The notes below the pieces were generated by a model. That model searched no databases. It saw only the letters and a program-made list of their open reading frames with translations, and was not told the origin of the DNA. This document shows, one piece after another, positions 17,510 to 27,500 of a stretch of DNA of 63,054 bases. The DNA comes from an uncultured Clostridia bacterium. GTDB taxonomy: Bacteria > Bacillota > Clostridia > TANB77 > CAG-508. The DNA lies in NCBI GenBank assembly GCA_944386655.1, contig CALXBX010000055.1, positions 1 to 63,054 of the forward strand, in the 5' to 3' direction. Numbering within the stretch: the stretch's first letter is position 1; each line of letters opens with the position of its first letter. The position numbers were made by a program, and so were the translations under genes.

Positions 17510-18127
17510 TTATTCTACTTCTCCCCATAAATCAAATGGCCAGAAACGTATCCATACTTTACTTTCTATTTTTTCTAACGGAACACAACCAAAACTTCTA
17601 CAGTCTGAACTTTGCTGTCTATTATCTCCCATGGCAAATACACAATCGTCTGGTACTGTAAAGTCTGTTAAATTTGGATTTTTACTATCTGTGGTTACTC
17701 CCTCTTGCAAATAATCTTCTTCTAGAAGCTCTCCATTAATATATACTTTTCCATCTTCTATTTTGACATGTTCTCCTGGAAGAGCAATTACTCTTTTAAT
17801 GTAACTTTTTTTCCCGATTTCTAGTACATAATAAACAAAACTAGAAAAAATATTAGTTGGCTCATTTTCATATTCCGCTCTTACAGAGTGTGCATAAGAA
17901 TTACTAGGAGCTTCAAAGGTGATAATATCTCCTCTTTGAGGTACTTCATGGAATGTTCTCACCATTCTATTTAAAATTAATCTTTGTCCTTGTTTTAGTG
18001 TAGGATACATGGATGGTTGTTGCACTACAGTTGGCGTTCCTATATAAAAACGAATTAATAACGCAAGTACAATAGCTATTACAAAACAAGCTATCCATTC
18101 TAATATATTTTTTGTTTTTTCACTCAT
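17510..18127 (-). CDS. lepB: Signal peptidase I (S26)
   Basis: SMYPTL (Ser box), KRVIALPGE (Lys box), GDNRQQSSDCR. Start set to ATG 18127; the track start at 18175 is a GTG lying in a TATAAT-like sequence. Confidence 0.9.
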   Translation of the reverse strand: MSEKTKNILEWIACFVIAIVLALLIRFYIGTPTVVQQPSMYPTLKQGQRLILNRMVRTFHEVPQRGDIITFEAPSNSYAHSVRAEYENEPTNIFSSFVYYVLEIGKKSYIKRVIALPGEHVKIEDGKVYINGELLEEDYLQEGVTTDSKNPNLTDFTVPDDCVFAMGDNRQQSSDCRSFGCVPLEKIESKVWIRFWPFDLWGEVE

Positions 18128-18198
18128 TGAATAAGGTCTCTTCCTCTCTTTTTTATCTACCCATTTATTATACACAATTTTTGTGTATATGTCTACCT

Positions 18199-19620
18199 CT
18201 ATTTTGTAGGAATACGAATGACTACCTCTGTTCCTTTGCCTTTTTCACTCTTAATATCTATGCTTCCATGGTTTTGGTTTAATATTTCTTTTGCAATAGA
18301 AAGTCCTAAACCACTTCCTCCCATTTCTCTAGTTCTTGCTTTATCTACACGATAGAATCTTTCAAAAATACGATTTAAATCTTCTTCTGGAATTCCTATT
18401 CCATTATCTATTACTTTAATATAGGCATCATTATATACAAATCCTACATAGATTTTAATAATACCTCCTTCTGGAGTGTATTTAATACTGTTAGTTAGTA
18501 TATTTAATACCACTCTTTCTATTCCATCTTTGTTGGCATATACTGGTGGAACATTTGCTGTCACAAAACATTCTACATGATGATTTTTTCGATTGATTTC
18601 TAACTGTAATTTTTCTTGACATCGTTTTACCAAATTACCCAAATCAAATTTTTCTCTTTCTTGTTTTGCTTTGTTATTGTCATAACGAGAAAGTGTTAAT
18701 AAGTCTGATACTAATTTTGCCATTCTTCTTGCTTCTCCTGCAATTACGTTTAAAAATCTCTCCTGTGTCTCTTTGTCATATTCACCTTCTAACAAAGTAT
18801 CTGCATAACCCATAATAGATGTAATTGGTGTTTTTAATTCATGAGACACATCTGCCACAAATTCCTTTCTCATATTGTCCAATTTTACGTGCTCGGTAAT
18901 ATCTTGTATCACTGCCATAACACCCGATGGTCTATCTTTTTCGTCCTTAAAAGACGCAAATAAAATATTCAAATATTTATCTCCCACACGAATACGTTGT
19001 TCAGAAGATGTCCAATCCTCTAAATAAATGGTTTTCTCTAAATTAATATCGATATTTAATTTTTCAAATATTTTATCAAAAGAATTATCATTTTGTGTTA
19101 GTTGTAGCATTTCTGTGGCTGCAGGGTTAATATGTGTAATTTCTCCTTCCATATTAAAAGCAATGATACCATCTGTCATATGTAACAAAATTGTTTCAAT
19201 TTGCTTTTTTTGTCTTTGTACTTCATTTAAATTTTCTTGTACTTCATTTGTCATTCTATCAAAAGCATTGGTAATTTCATCTACTTCTTTTTTCTTTCTG
19301 CCTTGTTTTTTTTCTTCTCCCTCTGCAATGTTAGGTGCAGCCTTTATCATTTTAGAAATTGGATTTAATATAGAATGGGACATAAATAAGCTAATAACAA
19401 TAGATGCTACTCCGTATAATATAATTAAAATCATGGTGATAATTCCTATATTCTTCAACTGCGTTCCTACTTCTGCTATTTGCATTGTATCTTGTACATT
19501 TACCATTTCTAACATTACATCTTTCATATTCATCATTCCTAAAATTCCCATACCTAAAATAAGGCAAATTCCTAAAATGGAAAATAACAAAATTATTTTA
19601 AATTGTACATTTTTTAACAT
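18199..19620 (-). CDS. Sensor histidine kinase (2 TM, HAMP, PAS, HisKA, HATPase_c), WalK/PhoR-like
   Basis: H-box SHELKTPITSI, N/G1 box DNGIGIPEEDLNRIFERFYRVD, G2 box GGSGLGLSIAKE. Confidence 0.9.
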   Translation of the reverse strand: MLKNVQFKIILLFSILGICLILGMGILGMMNMKDVMLEMVNVQDTMQIAEVGTQLKNIGIITMILIILYGVASIVISLFMSHSILNPISKMIKAAPNIAEGEEKKQGRKKKEVDEITNAFDRMTNEVQENLNEVQRQKKQIETILLHMTDGIIAFNMEGEITHINPAATEMLQLTQNDNSFDKIFEKLNIDINLEKTIYLEDWTSSEQRIRVGDKYLNILFASFKDEKDRPSGVMAVIQDITEHVKLDNMRKEFVADVSHELKTPITSIMGYADTLLEGEYDKETQERFLNVIAGEARRMAKLVSDLLTLSRYDNNKAKQEREKFDLGNLVKRCQEKLQLEINRKNHHVECFVTANVPPVYANKDGIERVVLNILTNSIKYTPEGGIIKIYVGFVYNDAYIKVIDNGIGIPEEDLNRIFERFYRVDKARTREMGGSGLGLSIAKEILNQNHGSIDIKSEKGKGTEVVIRIPTK

Positions 19621-19692
19621 AGTATTCCCTTCTTTTCTATGAAAAATATGCCTTATAGGAATTCCTAAAAGGCATACTCTTTCTTCTTTATT

Positions 19693-20436
19693 TTATTTGG
19701 AAGCTATATAATAACCAACGCCTCTTTTTGTAATCAATATTTTTGGATTAGACGTATCTTTTTCTATTTTTTCTCTAATTCTTCTAACAGTTACATCTAC
19801 TGTTCTTATATCTCCATAATATTCATATCCCCATACTTTTTCTAGTAGCACCTCTCTTGTTACTACCTGTCCTGGTTGATTTGCTAAATATTTTAATACT
19901 TCAAATTCTCTTAAAGTTAAATCAATTACTTCTCCTCTTACCTTTACTTCAAATCTATTTAAGTCTAAGCTTAAATCTCCCACTACAATGGTATTGGTTT
20001 TTGCCTCTTCCTGCTTGCTTTCTTCTTTTGGCTCTCCTGCTGTTTTTGCTGTAATTTCTGCTTTACGTAAGTTTGCCTTTACTCTTGCCATTAGTTCTCT
20101 TACGCTAAAAGGTTTGGTAATATAGTCATCTGCTCCTAGCTCTAGTCCTAATATTTTATCTATTTCCTCATCTTTAGCGGATATCATTAAGATAGGAATG
20201 TTTAAAGTTTGACGAATTCTTTTGCAAACCGTTAGTCCATCCATTTTAGGAAGCATGATATCTAGCAAAACTAAATTGGGCTTTTGCTCTAATGCGATTG
20301 CTACTGCTGTCTCCCCATCATTTGCCTCCAATGTTTTATATCCTTCTTTTTCTAAATTATAGCGAAGCATATCTACAATTGTCTGTTCGTCATCCACTAT
20401 TAATACCACTTTTTTATCTTCTTCATTTTCGTTCAT
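19693..20436 (-). CDS. OmpR/PhoB-family response regulator
   Basis: Receiver: VLIVDDE...LVLLDIMLPKMDG...KPF. Winged-helix output: LTLREFEVLKYL...VDVTVRRIREKIE. Start set to ATG 20436 (AAAGGGTGA SD). Confidence 0.9.
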   Translation of the reverse strand: MNENEEDKKVVLIVDDEQTIVDMLRYNLEKEGYKTLEANDGETAVAIALEQKPNLVLLDIMLPKMDGLTVCKRIRQTLNIPILMISAKDEEIDKILGLELGADDYITKPFSVRELMARVKANLRKAEITAKTAGEPKEESKQEEAKTNTIVVGDLSLDLNRFEVKVRGEVIDLTLREFEVLKYLANQPGQVVTREVLLEKVWGYEYYGDIRTVDVTVRRIREKIEKDTSNPKILITKRGVGYYIASK

Positions 20437-20527
20437 AGAAAGTTCACCCTTTCTGTTATGACTTAACACTTTGTACTATTTATATCACATTCTCGGCTTA
20501 AGTACAAGTATTTTTTTGCAAAAGAAT

Positions 20528-20554
20528 GAACTTTGGGGACGTTCCTCAAAGTTC
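20528..20554. repeat. Palindromic intergenic element GAACTTTGGGGACGTTCCTCAAAGTTC
   Basis: Same family as 21526, 34728, 34765, 59974 and 60089. Lies 7 nt 3' of the stop of the 20562..21443 gene. Confidence 0.8.
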
Positions 20555-20561
20555 ATAAAAT

Positions 20562-21443
20562 CTATTCTCTTTCTGTTTCATTTTCCATTGTTTGTTCATT
20601 TATTTCTATTAGGTTCTCTGCTGCTTTCTCGAAGGACTCTCTTTTCTTTTCTCTGTCTTGTTCTCCGGCATATTGGGAAGCATATTCCTGTTGCAAATTT
20701 TCTGCCTCCTTCACCAATGGAACTACTTGTTGAAAATACTTGTCATTTTCTATATCACTTTTTATTTCTACTCCCTCGGCATCATATCTTGCCACTACCA
20801 CACCATTTATTTTAAATTCATAATATTGTTTTTGCATAGTTTCTGGCTGAGCTTCTTCTTTCGCTGCTACTTGGTAATTTGTAATATTTCCTAATCTATC
20901 TCTTTGCACTTCTACTTGTTTATTGACTGCTGTCCAATAGAAATCTCCCTCACCAATAGCTTCTTCTGGATTTTGCTTATTATATCCTGCTACTACTACT
21001 TTTTCTGCAAAGTCTCTAATATTTTGGTTTCTTATTTCATCATTATTTTCTTTATCTAACTCTTCATAAAAAGCTTCAAAATCCTCTTTTGTCACATTAA
21101 CTTCTTCTATTCTTTCTGAGGAGGTATTCTCTGTTTGTTCTATTGTCTTCGTATTTTCTTTTGGTATCTCTTTATGACCTGCTAAGGAATAAATACCGCT
21201 ACCACCTATAGCAAGTGTTGCCACTACACCAGCAATAGCCATTCTTTTCCTCGTTCTTTTGATACGCTCATAACTTTGAGCAATGTTAGGATGCTCCTTT
21301 AAATACTGTTTCGTTAGTTCTGTTTCTTTCATTTTAAAGATTTGGTTTGCTGTTTTTCTATCAGCACTGCTTCCTGCTTTATTTATAAAATCTTTATACA
21401 CTAATTTTCTTAATTGTTTTTCTGGGCTTTCTAATATACTCAT
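20562..21443 (-). CDS. Hypothetical single-pass membrane protein
   Basis: 293 aa with one TM (MAIAGVVATLAIGGSGIYSLAG) and a charged extracytoplasmic part. No motif recognised. Confidence 0.6.
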   Translation of the reverse strand: MSILESPEKQLRKLVYKDFINKAGSSADRKTANQIFKMKETELTKQYLKEHPNIAQSYERIKRTRKRMAIAGVVATLAIGGSGIYSLAGHKEIPKENTKTIEQTENTSSERIEEVNVTKEDFEAFYEELDKENNDEIRNQNIRDFAEKVVVAGYNKQNPEEAIGEGDFYWTAVNKQVEVQRDRLGNITNYQVAAKEEAQPETMQKQYYEFKINGVVVARYDAEGVEIKSDIENDKYFQQVVPLVKEAENLQQEYASQYAGEQDREKKRESFEKAAENLIEINEQTMENETERE

Positions 21444-21525
21444 TTAATTTCATCCTTTCTTATGTGAAATCACCTAAGTTTATTATACTACTTTTTGTAT
21501 TTGCTGTCAAAATTTGTGCTATATT

Positions 21526-21552
21526 GAACTTTAAGGAACGTCCCTAAAGTTC
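21526..21552. repeat. Palindromic intergenic element GAACTTTAAGGAACGTCCCTAAAGTTC overlapping the stop codon of the glucan synthase gene
   Basis: On the minus strand the element reads GAA CTT TAG GGACGTTCC..., so it encodes the last two codons (E, L) and the TAG stop of ORF 21544..29859. Confidence 0.85.
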
Positions 21553-24500
21553 AATTTGAATTTCGTAGATACCACCTTCTTTAGATAATTTGATTTGTTT
21601 ATCTTCTTTTTCTACTCCATTGACAAGGAATTTTTCAACTTTTCCATTGGTTTGCATATTTTCTTTTGCTGTACTTTTTCCGTTTGGATTTTCTACCTTT
21701 ATATGGTAGATGCTATTTCCATAACGATATTCTATTTTATATTCTCTCCACTTACGTGGTATGCATGGTTCTATTTTTAATATTTCATTTTCTATTTTTA
21801 GTCCCAAGATGTATTCTATTCCCGCTACTTGCATCCAACTGGCAGAACCTGTATACCATGTCCAACCACCTCGTCCTGCTAGGTTTCCTCTAGAATAAAT
21901 ATCTGCTGCTATGACATAAGGCTCTACTTTATATTTTAATGCCATTTCTTTTGTTCTTGCATGTTCTATTGGATTTATCATTCTAAATAGCTCTAAGGCT
22001 TTATCTCCAAACCCTAACATACTAAAGGCTATAATTGCCCAAATGGCTCCATGTGTATATTGCCCTCCATTTTCTCTTGTTCCAGGAAGATATGCTTTGA
22101 TATATCCTGGTTCTAAATTACTTTTATCGAACGGTGGATCTAGCAAACGAATTAACCCATTTTCTTTATCTACTAAATGATTTTCTAAGCTTTCTAAAGA
22201 AATATATTTTTTGTCGTTATCCCCCGCTCCTGAAATAGTAGCCCAACTTTGGGATATTCCATCTATTTTACATTCCTCGTTTTGAATGGTCCCTAATATT
22301 TCTCCATCATCACAAAAGGCTCTTCTAAACCATCTTCCATCCCATGCATTGGTGTTTAGGGCTTTTTTTAGCATTTCCATGGTTTTCTTATATTCTTCTT
22401 GGTAGGCTTCTTCTCGTTCTATTAGTTCTCCTTTTCTAGTTTGTTTGCTTTCTCTTACTTGTACATTTTCTCCTTCTTGTTCATCTTTTCTTTCTCCTAA
22501 TTCTATTTTTCTTTGTATTTCTCTTATTCCCTGTTTTTCTCGTTCTTCTTCTTTCCATTTTTCTATTTGTTTTTCTTGCAGAGGAAGCCATCTTTGCAGA
22601 ACATCATATAGGAAAAATCCAAGCCATACGCTTTCTCCTTTGCCTTTATTGCCTACTGTACTTAGTCCATCGTTCCAATCTCCAGAACCTATTTTAGGTA
22701 AGTTATTTTCTCCAAATTGCATTGCTCTTCTAATAGCTCTCGTGCAATGTTCATAAATACTAGCCGTCTCTTCTGTCTCTAAATATAGGTCATAGCGTTC
22801 GTCTTCCCCTTCTTCTAAAGGTGCTCCCTCTAGAAACGGCGTTTGTTCTTCTAACAAACTCGTATCTCCTGTTACTTTACAATACTCTTCTGTAAGGTAT
22901 ACCAGCCACAAAAGGTCATCCGAAAACCTAGTACGAATTCCTCTTCCTGTTTCCTCATGCCACCAATGTTCTACATCTCCTTCTCGGAACTGATGTCTAC
23001 TATGCTTAATAATTTGATTTCTCATTTTTTCTGGCATAGTGTATTTTAGTCCTAGTGTGTCTTGCAGTTGGTCTCTAAATCCTAATGCTCCTCCTGATTG
23101 CTGATAAGCTGACCTTGCCCAAAGTCTACTAACCATTGCTTGATAAATCATCCAACCATTCATTAAAATGTTAAAAGATTCTAATGGTGTTTCTACTTGT
23201 AATTTTTGAATGGTTTCTTGCCAATATCTTTGTACTTCTTCTAATGCTTTTTCACAATTTTGTATACTACTATATTGATAAGCTTTATCCAAACATTGTA
23301 TTTTGTTTTCTTCCATCCCAAAGACAAGAGAAATTTCTTTTTGTTCTAAAGCCTCTAAATTTACTTCTATTTCTATTGCTATAATGCCCTCTTGTCCTAG
23401 GCTATTCTCTTCGTTTAATCCTTTTTTGTGCATCGCCTCTGGATTTTGCAAACTGCCATTTCCTATAAAAAAGCTTTTGCTTCCTGTATAGGATTGTATT
23501 TCTTCGCTACTGGTCACATAAGCAAAACCTGGAATGATTTCATCTCCATAATTTTTAGCAAGAATGGTATTGGCTTTTTTTATAAATTCTATTCCTATCC
23601 AACCTTTGGTTTGTTCTTCATCCTCTCCTAATACTGGTTTGATATAGTAAACTAATTTTATTTTTTTCTTTTGTGGTGCTAAATTTTGCAGATGTATTAT
23701 ATAAATTTTGGCTTTATCTTCTCGTGGTACAAATATTGTGGTTTCTTGTTTGATAGTAGAACTTGTATGCATAAATCTGCTATAGCCAAATCCATAAATT
23801 GCATCATAATCATTATCGTCTGGCATAGGATTTAATCCCAAAGAACATACCTTTTTGCTTTCTTCGTCCTTCATATAAATAACTTCTGATGGGATATCTT
23901 CTACAGGTGTATTTGCCCAACTGGATAATCGATTTAGCCTACTATTTTCACACCAAGTAAAACCTCCCATACTATCTGTTACTAATGTTCCAAAATGCTC
24001 ATTTGCCATCATATGACTCCATACATTTGGCAGGCGTTTGTCTTTGTTTTGTTTGATGTGATATTCTTTTTGAGAAGGTAAAAATCCTCCAAATTCATTA
24101 TCATATTTTAATTTTTCTGCCTCTAAACTTTGTCTTTGTACCTCTTCTTGTAATAAATATGGTACTTGTTCATCCTTCATAACGTCTTGTTTATTGTCCG
24201 TATATTCTTCTTCTCTATCTTTTAAATTTCTGGCTACTGGTCCTTTTTTACTATCGATAATTAAATTGGCTCTTGCTTCTAATACTTCTTTTTCTTCTAT
24301 ATTTTCTAGTACCCAAATGCCCCCTTTTTGATTTTGCATATAGGCTAGATTTTCGTTATAGATACAATTTTGAATCTCTTCTCTTACATAATTTTCGTAG
24401 CTATTTTCTTCTTCGTTTAAAATAACTAAATCTATGGCAATATGTTTACTACGATAAAAGTTATATGCTTTTAATATATCTTTTAATACGTAACTATCGC

Positions 24501-27500
24501 CTACTTGCTCTATTTTTAAAAGTAGAATTGGTAAATCACCGGAAATACCATATTTCCATAATTTGCTTTGGAAGGCTTCTTCCTCTTTTTCTACTAGTTT
24601 AGGCAAACTCTGTGTTTTTAATGGATTTTGGAAAAGTAAATAAGAAAGCATATTTTGATACTCTTCTATTTGTTTTGCACTTACCCCTAAATAGCGATTT
24701 TCCGCTTCTACCCTTGCTCTAGATAACTTAAAGGCTGCCTCTAATTTTGCTTTATTTTGATACTCTTTTATTCTTTCTATTACTGTTTCTCTGGTCTCTC
24801 CTACTGTTAAAACATAATAAATTTCTGTTTTTTCTTCTTTGGCAAGGGTAATGGTTCTTCTCATTGCTAAAATAGGATCTACTGCAAAATCTAATTTTTT
24901 TGAAAAAGGTTTGGAACTTTCTATTTTCTCTGGAATACCTAAATTACCCCTTCCGTTTAGTTTTTCTTTATCTACTTCAAATTCTAAATCTCCTTTTCCT
25001 CCTTCTATTTGCATTGTTACTGCCATATACCTATCCTGCTCTTCTTTTGTATGTTTTCTTCTTTTTACCACAAAAATGTCGTCTTCTTTTTCTATTCTAA
25101 GGAAAAGATTATTAAAAGCAGGATGGGCATTGTCTTGCCTACTTTGAGAAATTACCGGCTCTAATACACTACTTATTTCAATAGTTTCTTCCTCCGCCCC
25201 TCTATTTTCTAAAGTAACTCTTCTAATTTCTACTGGGCTATCGCTACTAATGGTTACTTCTGTTATCGTTTCTATACTACCATCTAGTCTTACAATTTTA
25301 TCTCTATCCTCTGAAAATAGGATTTGATATTTATCCGGCTTTCCTAAATCATTACGAAAGCCAGAGGTCCAAATTCTCTTATTTCTAATATTTTTAAAAT
25401 AGAACAAAATTCCTTGCACGGTATCTTTTGTTTCTTTAAAACGATTCACCAAAATATCTTTATACTTGCTATATCCTTGCCCTTTTTGATCCATTACAAT
25501 GAGATAGTCGTTACTGCTAATGGCATTGATTCTTTTGAGTGGCATTTCTGGTTTTTCATAAATTCTTTCACAATAATCGGCATAATCACGATATTTTATT
25601 TTTGTTGGTTTTTCTTTTTGTTCTTTAGTAATAATCATGCTCTCCGGCATTCTTTCTTGCAGTAAAATATCGATTGCTTCTATTTCTGGATTTTCTTCGA
25701 ATCTTTTTTGTAAAATTCCATCTGAAAATAGATTGTTAATAGAAAGTAAAATTAGTGCTTGGTGATGTGCCATATAGGTTTTAACGACCGCATAATTTTG
25801 CCCTCTATGAAGCCTTGCTGGAGTGTAATCAATTGACTCATATAACCCATATTTTCCTCTCATGTGGCTTTGTTCTAATCGTTTTATATTTTGCAGTACT
25901 TCTTTAGGCTGGTCTGGTAATGCTAGCAAACTGGCATAACTTGCTACTACAATATCATCCTCTAATCCTCTTTTTAAGCCTAGCCATGGTATTCCAATGG
26001 CTTTGTATTGATAATTATTGCTAAAATCTTTTACATGAAAAGCCGTCTCCGAAAAGCCCCAAGGTACTCCTAATTTTTGACTATACTCTTTTTGACTCAT
26101 TAGCATAAATAAACAAGATTCTTCTAGTAAACTTCCCTTATATTTTTTCATATTTATATTAGGCATTAAATACTCAAAAGCCGTACCTGACCACGAAACT
26201 AGTCCTTTATATCCATTTAAAGAAGTAAGGGTTCTGCTAAGAGCAAACCAATGCTTTGGAGAGACATCTTTTTTGGCAATAGCCACAAAACTGGTTTGTC
26301 TTGCCTCTGAAGCTAATAAATCATAATAAGAATCGGTTAGCTGATTGTTATCTACATGAAAACCAATGCTAAATAGTTTTTTCTCTTCGTCATATAATTT
26401 GCTAAAATCTGCTTTTGCAATTGGAATTTCTCCAATTTCTCCTTTTACCCATGCTGGAATTTGTTCTAGTAAATCCTCACTTACCTTTCTTTTTTCTAAC
26501 ACATCTGCTAAGAAAGTTTTTACAATATACACATATCCTACAAAATTTCCACTATCTACTGTGGAGACATATTTAGGAGTTAAAGATTGGAGAGTATGAA
26601 TATCATACCAGTTATATAAATGTCCATTCCATTTTGGCATCTCTTCTACTGTAGCAATCATGTGTAATAACAGCTCTACCGTGTCCTCTAAAGATTCATA
26701 TCCCAAATCATAACTGGATATTACGGCTAACATGCCAAGCCCAATATTGGTAGAAGATGTACGATTTACTACTATGGGTGACCTATCTTCTTGATAATTA
26801 TCTGGTGGCAAATAATGATTTTCCGCTGTTAAGTAGGTTTTAAAGAATTGCCAAGTTTCTTTTCCCAGTTCCGTCAAATATTGTGTTTCTTCTTGAGATA
26901 GTGTTTCCTTTTGTGTTTTTGCTTTTGGTGTTTTACTCATATACCATAAAATTCCTGGCGCTATTAGCCAAACAATAGCAAGTAGAAAGAAGAGAATACT
27001 AAGTGGTTCTTGTTTGGTAATACATAAATATACTATCACTCCTACTGAAACTACTATATTGGCAAGCATGTTTTTATAATAAGAAACTAGAGAGGTTTTT
27101 GCTAACTTTTCTGCTTCTTCCGAGGTAATCCACTCTAACATATGCTTTTTGCTAACCCATAGACGATAGCATGTCTTTACAATAGCATTAGCAGAGGTAT
27201 ACGCCTTGTCTGGAAGAGCTCCCAAGCTTAAGACCCCTCTACTAACACTTGCCATGCCCATACTAATACTAGAGTCAAAACTCTTTCTACTACCTACATT
27301 TTCTTTGCGATAAATAATTTTGTCTAAGATATCTAGCAAAGTAGGTGTTAATAAAGAAATGAAAAACAACCAAGCAAATCCACTGGAGAAGCAAAGAGTA
27401 TACAATAAACCTAAAAGCACAGTAATAGGGAAAAGTGCTCTGATACAGTTATCAAATATTTTATATTTCGATAACGCATTTAACGGATTTTGTTTTTCTT

